The position numbers and the translations under genes are program-made. Below the pieces are notes generated by a model, which made no database searches, was not told the origin of the DNA, and saw nothing but the letters and a program-made list of their open reading frames with translations. A stretch of DNA of 64,000 nucleotides from contig CBDFIQ010000001.1 of the NCBI GenBank assembly GCA_965248195.1, positions 864,001-928,000 of the forward strand. The letters run 5' to 3'. Each line of letters begins with the position of its first letter. Positions within the stretch are counted from its first letter, which is position 1. This DNA comes from Longimicrobiales bacterium (GTDB lineage Bacteria; Gemmatimonadota; Gemmatimonadetes; Longimicrobiales; Gaopeijiaceae). Shown piece after piece: positions 1 through 9,007 of the stretch.

Positions 1-435
1 GAACTCGGCCATGAGGTCGGCGAGCTCGTGGTGCACCTCCAGCGAGCCGCTGAGGATCGGGGATCCCGAGGCACCGTTCCCGTACCGGTGCACAGACTCG
101 ATCACGGCCCCCTTGACCTCGGGGCGGTAGGACAGCCCGAGGTAGTTGTAGGAGGCGAAATTCAAGAGGTCGCCGTGGACCTTGCCCGTCTTGGTGTTAC
201 GGATGTCGACTCGCGTCGTGGGCGAACCCTGCATGGGAAGCCCGTACAAGTAGTAACCGGACGGTTTGGAGTCCTTCCACCACTCGTCGAAGGGTTCGAG
301 CATGCCAAAGGCATCGTTCCCGGCCCCGAAGTAGAAGTTCGTGTAGTCGTACTGCATGGCGAGCGGGAGTTGCTTGCCGGACTTGTCGTTGAACATGCCG
401 GCCTGGCTCGTACCATCCGCTGTTTTCTCGCCCAT
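1..435 (-). CDS. PLP-dependent alpha-oxoamine synthase family protein (BioF/Kbl/serine palmitoyltransferase-like), runs off the left edge
   Basis: Not in the ORF track; translated by hand: MGEKTADG...LLNFASYNYLGLSYRPEVKGAVIESVHRYGNGASGSPILSGSLEVHHEL. The F-x-S-x-N-Y-L-G-L and G-A-S-G-S-x-x-L-x-G motifs are typical of the AOS family. GGAGG RBS upstream of the ATG at 435. Confidence 0.85.
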   Translation of the reverse strand, partial: MGEKTADGTSQAGMFNDKSGKQLPLAMQYDYTNFYFGAGNDAFGMLEPFDEWWKDSKPSGYYLYGLPMQGSPTTRVDIRNTKTGKVHGDLLNFASYNYLGLSYRPEVKGAVIESVHRYGNGASGSPILSGSLEVHHELADLMAEF

Positions 436-697
436 CGAGCCCTCCATCCAAGATACCTTTAGGTCCAGCCCCAAGTGTACGTGTCGTCCACCCTGGTCCC
501 AAGAACGATCACGGGTCGGAGCCGGGCGCCAGGGGGGCAAACCCTGAAGCTAAAAGAACGGGTGATCAGGTCCAGGCGTCGTAGGACCCGGGTGCGTCCA
601 CCACGTAGGGTCCCCCCGAGGCAACGCTCCATCGCGACACACGATCGAGGAACGGCCTGACACCCTGGGGGAAAGGTGCCGGTCCGTCCCCAAGAAG

Positions 698-770
698 CTC
701 CCGCGGCTGGACTCGAACCAGCGACAAGACGGTTAACAGCCGTCTGCTCTACCAACTGAGCTACGCGGGA
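698..770 (-). tRNA. tRNA-Asn (anticodon GTT), CCA not encoded
   Basis: Reverse complement TCCCGCGTAGCTCAGTTGGTAGAGCAGACGGCTGTTAACCGTCTTGTCGCTGGTTCGAGTCCAGCCGCGGGAG: 7-bp acceptor stem, D-loop, CTGTTAA anticodon loop, GGTTCGAGTCC T-arm. Confidence 0.97.
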
Positions 771-1605
771 TCGGATTCTTACCAGATGAATGTAGACTGA
801 GGTACTCTACTTCTGAGCCGGAGGGTGTCAAGGACTTCGCCGGCCAAGTAGGAAGTCTCAAAGTGACCTGCTACCCCGGGGGCCGCGAAGGGGCCGGCAG
901 AAGGATGTGCCCGGCCAACCGCGCCGGGATTCTACCGTACGATCAGATAGACGAGCGACGCCCCGGTGAAGAGGACGGTGAGTGCATTCCCCCAGATGCT
1001 GATTTGCTCTCGGAGTTGGGAGCTTTCGGCCCTGGGCACGTAAAGCCAGTCCCCCGACTGGATCTGCAGGCCAAGGATCTCCGGGCGTATTTCGAGCGGA
1101 CGCAAGTCGAGCACCGTGCCCACGCCGTTACGGACGAGGCGAACCTGGCTGGCATCGGATGCTCCGCCTGAAAGGCCCAAGTCGATCTCGGACGTCACGC
1201 CGCCGGCCAGGGCCAAGGCGTCGACCAACGTCGCCGAAGGCGGGACGAAGAACTGGCCCGGAATTCGGACCGCGCCCGTAATGTTCACGTTGACGTTGGT
1301 GACGACTTCGATGACCGGATCCGAATAGAGTGCGCCGTAGCGCTCCTCCAAGAGCCTCCGGATGTCGGCGGTCTCCATCCCGACCACGTGGACCGTCCCG
1401 AGAAAGGGCAGAAAGAGCTCACCGTTGGGGTCGACGGTGCGCTCACGGGAGACCTCGGCGAGTCTCGCTCCCGCCGACGTGTAGAAGGCGATGTTCACCT
1501 GGTCGCCCGGCTGCACCCCCGTCCGCGTCAACCCCTCTCTGCCAACGTACGTGAGACACGGAGCACGCAAAGAATTAGAGTAGGGCGAAGGCAGAGAAAA
1601 CGAAC

Positions 1606-2055
1606 ATGTTGGGACTGCGAGAGAGAATGGAAGAGAATGGTAGTGCCCCTGGAATCGGGGAGGCCAAGCGAAGCGCGGCAGCTCCTGCGGACCCGGAGGT
1701 AGTAGATAGGCCGCTACGCCGGCGGTTCAGTCCATCGTACAAGCTGCGGATCGTCGAAGAAGCGGACCGGTGCACCGAGCCCGGCGAGGTGGGTCAGCTC
1801 CTGCGGCGCGAGGGCCTGTACTCGTCGCACCTGACGACGTGGCGCAAGGCGGCGCATAGCGGGTCGCTGAAGGCCCTGTCGAAGAAACGCGGCCGCAAGC
1901 CGGAGCGGAATCCGCTGGATGAGAAGGTACGCAAGCTGGAGCGGCAAAACGCACGGCTCGAGAATGAGCTCAGGAAGGCACACCTGATCATCGACGTGCA
2001 GGGAAAAGTTGCGGGGCTGCTGGGGATAAGCCTCGACGACGGGACGAACTCTTGA
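1606..2055 (+). CDS. IS3 transposase OrfA (HTH); exact start uncertain
   Basis: RRRFSPSYKLRIVEEADRC...LLRREGLYSSHLTTWRK HTH followed by a coiled-coil/leucine-zipper segment. Confidence 0.9.
   Translation: MLGLRERMEENGSAPGIGEAKRSAAAPADPEVVDRPLRRRFSPSYKLRIVEEADRCTEPGEVGQLLRREGLYSSHLTTWRKAAHSGSLKALSKKRGRKPERNPLDEKVRKLERQNARLENELRKAHLIIDVQGKVAGLLGISLDDGTNS
2001..2007 (+). promoter_or_regulatory. Putative -1 programmed frameshift site G GGA AAA fusing OrfA to OrfB
   Basis: X XXY YYZ heptamer in the orfA frame (cag gga aaa). The -1 frame is open from here into orfB. Confidence 0.7.
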
Positions 2056-3059
2056 AGGCGGCCGATGAGCTGGCTAAGCACGTCGGTGTAAAACCGGCGT
2101 GCGCGGCTCTCGAGGTCTCCCGATCGACGTTCTACCGTCGTCGAGGCCCATCGACCGGGCAACGGCAGCCCCGCCCGACGCCCGCCCGGGCATTGAGCGA
2201 GACGGAACGAGGCGAGGTCTTCGACACGCTGTGTTCGGAGCGGTTCGTGGACCGCTCACCCGCCGAGGTGGTGGCCACGCTGCTCGACGAAGAGGTCTAC
2301 CTGTGCAGCGAACGCACGATGTATCGTGTTCTGGCCTCCGAGGTGCCGGTTCAGGAACGCCGGGCGCAGCGCACCCATCCCGAGTACAAGAAGCCCGAGT
2401 TGATGGCCACGGCGCCGAACCAGGTGTGGTCCTGGGATATCACGCGGCTACTCGGGCCGAAGAAGTGGAGCTATTACTACCTCTACGTCATCATGGACAT
2501 CTACAGCCGCTACGTCGTGGGCTGGATGGTGGCGGACCGGGAGAACTCGGCCCTGGCCGGCCGGTTGATCCAGCAGAGCTGCCTGAAGCATGGCGTCCAG
2601 CCCCGGGTCCTGACCCTGCACTCGGATCGGGGAGCTCCAATGACGAGCCAATGCACCGCTCAACTTCTCGCTGACCTCGGCGTGACTCGCTCGTTGAGCC
2701 GGCCTCAGGTGTCGGATGACAACCCGTTTTCCGAGGCTCAGTTCAAAACCTTGAAGTACCATCCCTCGTTTCCCGGGCGGTTCGGGGATCAGGGCCAGGC
2801 CAAGACGTTGTGTCGATCGTTCTTCCGCTGGTACAATGCCGAGCACCGCCATGGCGGTATCTCGATGCTAACCCCCGAGCAGGTCCACTTCGGGAACGCC
2901 GATCAGGTCATTGCCGGCAGGAAATCCGTGCTCCGCGAAGCATGGGCCGCTCATCCCGAACGCTTCGTCACAGGTGTGCCGAAGCCCAAACCGCTCCCGG
3001 AGGCCGTCTACATCAATCCTCCCATCCCTTCCCTCACCACACAGGATATTGCTCTCTAA
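2052..3059 (+). CDS. IS3 transposase OrfB (DDE integrase core)
   Basis: PNQVWSWDIT, DIYSRYVVGW, LHSDRG and DNPFSEAQFKTLKY motifs. Confidence 0.95.
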   Translation: MKAADELAKHVGVKPACAALEVSRSTFYRRRGPSTGQRQPRPTPARALSETERGEVFDTLCSERFVDRSPAEVVATLLDEEVYLCSERTMYRVLASEVPVQERRAQRTHPEYKKPELMATAPNQVWSWDITRLLGPKKWSYYYLYVIMDIYSRYVVGWMVADRENSALAGRLIQQSCLKHGVQPRVLTLHSDRGAPMTSQCTAQLLADLGVTRSLSRPQVSDDNPFSEAQFKTLKYHPSFPGRFGDQGQAKTLCRSFFRWYNAEHRHGGISMLTPEQVHFGNADQVIAGRKSVLREAWAAHPERFVTGVPKPKPLPEAVYINPPIPSLTTQDIAL

Positions 3060-3689
3060 TTAATCCCGTAGAGTGTCCCATTGTCGTTGACAGGTTCCGA
3101 ACTGGGGGAGCTCCATACGCAGGATCGAGCCGCTCGAGGCGCAGGCGCCGAGGAGAAGGGAGAGCACGAAGACGAGTGCGGCCGCACCGCCGGATTTCAC
3201 CATGGGTTCGGGATCCTGTTGAGTTGAGCTTCGATGGGTTCACCTGTATCTTCTAGTCTATACAAACGCCTGATCCTGTGTCCAGATTGACGGATGGCGC
3301 AGCTCGCGAGAATCGAACTCCATCTGTTTCCTTTTTTGGGTTATCTTCTCAGGTCGAATCCCTCAAACATCTTAGAGCAGTGACGGCTCTTTTTGGCGTC
3401 AAATGTTCCCACAAAAATTGAAGAGCTTGACAGGCGCACCCTTTGGCCTTCATATGAGGAGCCTCAATTGCCCCCCCCCTCGGAACTAGAGCGGGCGCAC
3501 GGAGGGACTTGCGCCCACGAAAATTTTCGACTCGGAAGAGATGAGCGGGAGAACCTACGCAGAGGAGGCTGTGGTTGCGCCGGCCGTGAATGCCGGACCG
3601 ACGAACGGTGGAGTGGGGCCAACTTCGAGTGGCCGAACTGGTCGTTGCTCGGAGCTGCCTCTCAAGTCGTTCCTCGAACCAACAACCTA

Positions 3690-4310
3690 GTGGACGCAGA
3701 ACTTACCCCCGAATCTAAGTGGAATATCGAGAGCGCCGAGGCGCTTCTCAACTCACTTAAGGGCGTGGTGTCGGCGCGAGTCGTGGCTCGCCCCGGTGGA
3801 ATTATAGAGGAGATCCACCTCCTCACGGAGGGGGATGTGTCGGCGAAACAGTCGGTCCGAAACGTCGAGTCGGTGCTGCTGGCTCACTTCGGTCTGAAGA
3901 TCGACCACCGAAAGGTGTCGGTCGCTCAGAAGGACGATGAGCAGGGTGACGCGGTGAAGGCTTTCGCTTTCGGAAGCGGGAGTGGAGAGGGCCGGTTCCT
4001 CTTCGTGACCCACCGCGTCGAGACGGAGAAGGCGCACCGAGTGCGGATCGCCGTCACCGTGGAGTGGGACGGCGAGCAGTATGAGGGCGAAGCGAGTGGG
4101 TCGGCGAGGGTGCCCTAACGTTGTCAGTAGATGGAGTGAAAGTGGTCGAGGCGTTCGACGGTCAGTTCGTCTTGGTTGCCATACATGCGATTCACGGACG
4201 GTCGAATCACGGCCCTCGCGGGGGCTGCGGCCGTAGAAGACACAGCCGATAGGGCTGTCATATTGGGGACGCTACAAGCCGCGGACCGTTGGGTCCGAGG
4301 CAGAATTTGA
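3690..4310 (+). pseudogene. Conserved hypothetical (IEEIH..KQ.VR.VES..IDHRKVSVAQ family), C-terminal part frameshifted/partly deleted
   Basis: The ORF stops at 4118 (GSARVP*), but coding-like sequence continues in shifted frames: TLSVDGVKVVEAFDGQFVLVAIHAIHGR, then ITALAGAAAVEDTADRAVILGTLQAADRWVRGRI* (TGA 4308-4310). The GTG start at 3690 is tentative. Confidence 0.65.
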
Positions 4311-4444
4311 GCGGAGACCCGCAGGAACAACTTTAAATCAGGGAGAACCCCTCGACCGGCCAAGAGCGAAGCGGAGAGCGAGCGAAGCGATAGCAGCTTC
4401 TTGAGCGGTAGAAGCTGACACCTACGAATAAGGAGGTGCAGCTT

Positions 4445-4507
4445 ATGTTTAGCTCTCTATTTCATTTTTTAGGAGCATTGCTCTTCAGAGGTATTTTGGG
4501 CCTGTAG
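4445..4507 (+). CDS. 20-aa hydrophobic peptide MFSSLFHFLGALLFRGILGL (putative signalling peptide)
   Basis: Perfect SD TAAGGAGGTG at 4429-4438, 6 nt before the ATG; TAG at 4505-4507; 28 nt upstream of the HD-GYP gene. Too short for the ORF track. Confidence 0.75.
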   Translation: MFSSLFHFLGALLFRGILGL

Positions 4508-4535
4508 ACCGGCCTGTCGAGGGGGACTTTCTCGA

Positions 4536-5924
4536 ATGCAGATCACCTCGCTTAGGATGTATGTTGGGATCGTCACGGCGCTCGCCGTGGGGTCCCTTTT
4601 CTTGCTGGATTGGGAGATGCTCGACTCCCTACCAGCGGAGTCCTGGCAGGGCCTGTTGTCTCTCGTCATACTGGGTCTCGTCTCAGAAAGCCTTTCCATT
4701 AAGGTCAAGCTCGGAGGAAACTCAGGCAGTTCGTCGATCACGTTCTTACCCCTGCTTACGTGCGTCCTGCTCTTCGGGCCGGTTCCCACGGTAATGCTCC
4801 ATGCGGCCACTGGTACTTTTGGTGAACTCATCGTTCGCCGAAGCGAGCCGATCAAAGCGATCTTCAATATCAGTCAGTATCTGCTTTGTACGGTGGTGGC
4901 GGGCTTCGTGTTTGAAGCCCTTGGCGGTGTTCCGCAAGCAGCAGTCACCACCCCGTTCGCGATTCAGGGCGTTCAACTTGTCGGGTTCGGGCTGGTTTTC
5001 CTCACGGTCAATCAGGCCGCTGTGTCCATCGCCATTGCGATCATCGAAAGCATGCCTTACCGGAAGGTATTGGCCCTTATTATAGGCCGCTCAGGTGCGA
5101 ATCTGGGTTACGATCTTCTCATAAGTCCGTTCTCGCTCGGAATGGCGTTTCTTTATTTGGAGTGGGGCATTGCTGGCTTCCTTTTTGTCATTCTCCCCCT
5201 CTTGTTCATTCGAACAGCCTACCTCAGGGCGTTTCAGCTTCAAGAGGTGAGCGCCAATCTCTTGAAGGCGCTTGTCAAGGCCATCGATGTGCGGGATCCG
5301 TACACGTCTGGCCATTCGCAACGGGTGTCGATGTTATCTCGTCGGATTGCCGAAGCGATGGGGCTCTCGACCACACAGGCCAAGTACGTCGAGACGGCAG
5401 CGCTGCTTCATGATATTGGAAAGATCGACGAAATCTATTTGGAAATCCTTCAGAAGCAGGGGCCACTCAATATGCTCGAGCGGAGGGTTATCCAATCTCA
5501 TGTAACCACCGGGGTGGAGTTACTCGAGTCACTTTCATCCTACCCTGAAGCGGTGCTCGGTGCGGTTCGACACCATCATGAGCGCGTGGATGGCGGAGGA
5601 TATCCCGACGGACTGGTCGGAAACGAGATCCCTATCGGCGCTCGAATTATCAAGGTGGCGGATGCGGTAGATGCGATGCTGTCCGACCGACCCTATCGAA
5701 AAGCGCTTTCAGTGCCCGTGGTTCGGGAAGAATTACTCGAGTTCTGCGGTACGCAGTTTGATCCCGGGGTGGTACATGCGATTCTGAAATCCTCGGTTCT
5801 GAACGACCACGCCGACGAGATCCTGGCAGCTGGGTTGAACTTGCCAGAGACGATCCACGGAAGCTTCTCCACGGGATCTTACCGAATGAGATCCGGGGCA
5901 CCCTGGCGGAGGTTGAAGCGGTAA
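4536..5924 (+). CDS. Membrane-bound HD-GYP c-di-GMP phosphodiesterase with N-terminal multi-TM (MASE-like) sensor
   Basis: About 7 hydrophobic helices in the first ~230 aa. D-x-YT-x-GHS-x-RV, LLHDIGKI, HHERVDGGGYPDGL and DAMLSDRPYRK motifs. Confidence 0.92.
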   Translation: MQITSLRMYVGIVTALAVGSLFLLDWEMLDSLPAESWQGLLSLVILGLVSESLSIKVKLGGNSGSSSITFLPLLTCVLLFGPVPTVMLHAATGTFGELIVRRSEPIKAIFNISQYLLCTVVAGFVFEALGGVPQAAVTTPFAIQGVQLVGFGLVFLTVNQAAVSIAIAIIESMPYRKVLALIIGRSGANLGYDLLISPFSLGMAFLYLEWGIAGFLFVILPLLFIRTAYLRAFQLQEVSANLLKALVKAIDVRDPYTSGHSQRVSMLSRRIAEAMGLSTTQAKYVETAALLHDIGKIDEIYLEILQKQGPLNMLERRVIQSHVTTGVELLESLSSYPEAVLGAVRHHHERVDGGGYPDGLVGNEIPIGARIIKVADAVDAMLSDRPYRKALSVPVVREELLEFCGTQFDPGVVHAILKSSVLNDHADEILAAGLNLPETIHGSFSTGSYRMRSGAPWRRLKR

Positions 5925-5936
5925 GCTGGATGCCGT

Positions 5937-8900
5937 CTACATGAGGGCTTGAATTCTCCTACCCTGATGAGTGAGCCCCAATTGTGTTGCCCTGCTCGAG
6001 ACCTCCTGGGCCAGCCGGGTTGCCGAGGCTGTGTCGGTCGTTCGTAAGAGGCGAATTTCCTCCATTCGAAGCTTGATCCAACTCAAGGGCAACCTTGCTT
6101 CGACTTGTTCAGCAGTCGCGCGCAGGACTCCTAATGCACCCGGCATGTCGCCGTGGCACCGACGAACGCGAGCTCGGAAGGTGACCGGCAATGTTGGATC
6201 AAAGGACCAAATGCTTGGGATTCGCATGAGGTCATTCCTCTTGACGGCCCGCCGTAGGGCGCCCGTGTGAAGTTCACATATTCCCAACCCGGCTTCGGCG
6301 GTGAGGGAGATGTGGGCGGGCAGGGACGCTGGATCCTGACGCATTACGCGCTGAAAACACTCTAGAGCCTTGGAGATCTCTCCCAGCCGCAAGTTGAGTT
6401 CCCCACAATTGACGTCGAGAAGAACATTTTCAGCTTCGGTTTCCCCGCTCTCGACGATTTCTCTCGCTTCACCGAAGGAGACCTCCGCCGCATCGTAGTT
6501 CCCGGAATCCAGGTGCCATACGCCTCGATTATGCCGAAGTAAGAACCGAAGCAGTAGATCGCCCGCCAGCGCCGCCGCCTCCTCCGCGTCGGCAATGAGA
6601 TCCAAGCCTCCGGTGGACGTTATTAGGCCCTGATAATTTAGGACAAAGATCAGCCGATTTAGTGCGATGGGTCTCTCACGGACGAAGTCGTGAGCCTCAG
6701 CCAACTGGACTGCCTTGCGAGCACTGGCGAGGGCCAGCTCGGGTACGCCGTAAAGTTGGTGTAACGTCAACACGCAATGAGCCCTGCATCGTGCCCGGGG
6801 GGTGCCGACTCTGCTCAACGCATCGGCCTCGTCGAGCTTCGTTCGAATCGCCAGGGCGTCGTCTTTCCGTTCCAATGCAAGGACTTCAATGTCTAAGGCC
6901 TTGGCATATGCCTCAGATTCCCCCTCGGCGCTGAGGGTTGATTCCATCTCGTGTAGCCTGGCCAAGAGGTCGGGAGTCAAGGCTGGATTGAGGCACAGCA
7001 GGCAATCCATTTGCTCGAGCTCGGCCTCCCAGGCCTTACTGGCGTGGCCGGCCGCTCTCAGGCCTTCACAAGCGAGCGCAAGAATGGGAGCCGCTGTAGC
7101 CAAGTCTTGGCGGAGGTAATGGAGGTGGCCCAACCTCCAGAGGATCTCACTCGCCAACGCCCCGTCCGCTTCGTTCCGCCGGGCGATGGACAGGTGAATG
7201 ATGGCCTCAGGAAAGGCGCCAGATTGCTCCGCGAAGCCAGCGGCGAGCAGCGAGTATTTGACGGCCTCTGGCGCGATACCGGCTCTGTCGAGGTGCATCG
7301 CCAGGGTTCCCCAATTGGCTTCGTCGTCCGCTCCAAGAGATTGGGCCACCCGTTCGTGCAGCATCCGCCGGCGCGCCGGGCCAAGAGAATCATACACGGC
7401 CCTGCGAACGAGCGGATGCCCGATACGACACCCTGCTTCGTCTTCGACCACTAGGCGGGAACGCAGCAGCTCCTCGCTGGCTTCAACGAGAATCGCCGGC
7501 GCTTTTTTAAGCATCTTGGCCGCTTCGGCAAGAGCCTGTGTCTGTCCAGACACGGCGAGCACTGCAAGAAGACCTCGAGCCTCAGTGGAAAGCTCCGATA
7601 ATCTGGGCTGAAGGAGATTCTGCACGGACGGAGGAATCGCGGGCTCGTTGGGCTCGGCCGTGAAGTCCATCCTTCCTGCGCTGGCTTCGGCCGCCAGCTC
7701 GGTGAGATAGAAGGCGTTTCCGGCGCCCAACGCACAGATCGACTCGAGTGTCCGGGATGGCAAGCCTCCTTGCGTGAGGTGGTCTACGATCGCCGCCGCA
7801 GCTGTTGGATCGAGTTCTTCCACGGCCAGGTGCTCGTAGTCCCCGTTGATAGAGGTCAGAAACTCCTGCACGCAAGCGCGCTTCTGGATCAACTCGGTGG
7901 TCAACACCAGGACAATTGTTAGATCGCCCTTGGCCCTTCGCCTCACAAACTGAATGACCGAGAGTGTGGTCTCGTCCATCCAGTGTACATCGTCGAGAAA
8001 TAGCGTGAGGGGCTGACGCCCCGAGAGATGTTCGAACAGAAGAAGAAAGGCCTCCATCAGGCGCCGTGACACATTCAACGGTCCGAGGGGAGGCGGCAGG
8101 GTTTTCTCCGGTGCTCCCTGGGCTCTCGGCATGAGGCCTCTCAACACCGTTACCCACGGCTCACCCAGCACAGAAAGATCTTCTTCTGACAACTGCTGTA
8201 GCACATCGATGATTGGGTTAAGGGGAATGCAGTCCTCGAACTCAGCTCCCCGGGCCCGGAGGGTCCGCACTCCGTCCAGGCGAATCCGCCTCATCGCCTC
8301 CTCGATAATCCTGGTCTTCCCAATTCCAGCTTCTCCCATCACGACGATGAGTTGTGGCTTCGTTTTTGGTGTGGTCAGCCGCGTTTGAAGAAACTTCAGC
8401 TCCGGTCGTCGACCAACCAGGGGAGTACTGCTGACGGCGACATCAGTGTTTCGTCCCGAAGGGCCGCACTCTTTGGCTTTATGGCACAGCTCGGAGGTCG
8501 CTCGCTCTGGGAGCCACACCTTCCCGTAGGCCCTTTCCCACCGTGCCGCGAAATCCGAAACTGTTTCGGGGACCTGGTCAGCATCATCGACCATGACGAG
8601 TTGGCGTATGGAACGCTGCAAAAAACCCTCCTTCGGAGGGCAGGCCTTGACCGCCACGGATAAGAGGGCGCCCAGGTCGGCCCACCTCGCCTCCGATTCA
8701 GCCCTCGCACACGCTCTCAATAGGGCTTCCGCGAAGAGTTCCTCACTCCGTCGGGCCAATGATTCACGCCAGCTCTCGAATGCGACTGTCGGGGCATTTT
8801 CGATGCGTGAGAGAAAGTCGGTCACACGGAGCGCATCGAATTCGTGAAAATCCTGGTGTTTGACCGATTGCAGGACTCGCGTCAGGTCGCACCACCGAGC

Positions 8901-9007
8901 GGCGAGGTCGCTCAGTAAGAATCCTCCGTCGCCCCGCATGATCTGCCGACCGCATTTGTTCTTGACTCCAAGCAACAGCTGGCTCAACCGATGACGCTGG
9001 GGAGCCC
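5937..9007 (-). pseudogene. BTAD/SARP-like - STAND (AAA_16) ATPase - TPR regulator, N-terminus removed by IS256
   Basis: LVGRRPEL, Walker A GEAGIGKT, Walker B LFLDDVHWMD, TPR-like C-terminus. The frame stays open to the IS edge (APQRHRLSQLL), resembling the 'RHxLSQxL' helix of SARP-type wHTH domains; no native start or RBS. Confidence 0.75.

Larger units (their letters stand above)
1533..3099 (+). mobile_element. IS3-family insertion sequence with imperfect terminal IRs and 3-bp target duplication AAC
   Basis: Left end cccTCTCTGCCAACGTACGTGAGACAC versus reverse complement of the right end cggAACCTGTCAACGACAATGGGACAC. AAC flanks both sides (1530-1532, 3100-3102). orfA/orfB layout. Confidence 0.92.
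932..3203 (-). pseudogene. Polysaccharide export lipoprotein (Wza/Poly_export + SLBB), interrupted by IS3; pieces 3203-3100 and 1529-932
   Basis: The 3' part has QPGDQV...VDPNGELFLPFLGTVHVVG and VNITGAVRIPG motifs. The 5' part MVKSGGAAALVFVLSLLLGAC carries a lipobox. Removing the IS and one AAC gives an in-frame 233-aa protein (...MELPQ-L-TRTGVQPGD...). Confidence 0.9.

Noticed and set aside
1533..1570. Track start (TTG 1570) for the Wza-like ORF
   Set aside because: It lies inside the IS3 left end; the true start is at 3203 on the far side of the IS.
3393..3689. N-terminal 99 codons of ORF 3393-4118
   Set aside because: The composition is non-coding-like and it overlaps the putative promoter, C9 tract and hairpin; the recognisable domain starts near 3690.
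3204..3690. c-di-GMP riboswitch upstream of the HD-GYP operon
   Set aside because: No GEMM-type consensus was recognisable by eye; an Infernal/Rfam scan would be needed to exclude it fully.
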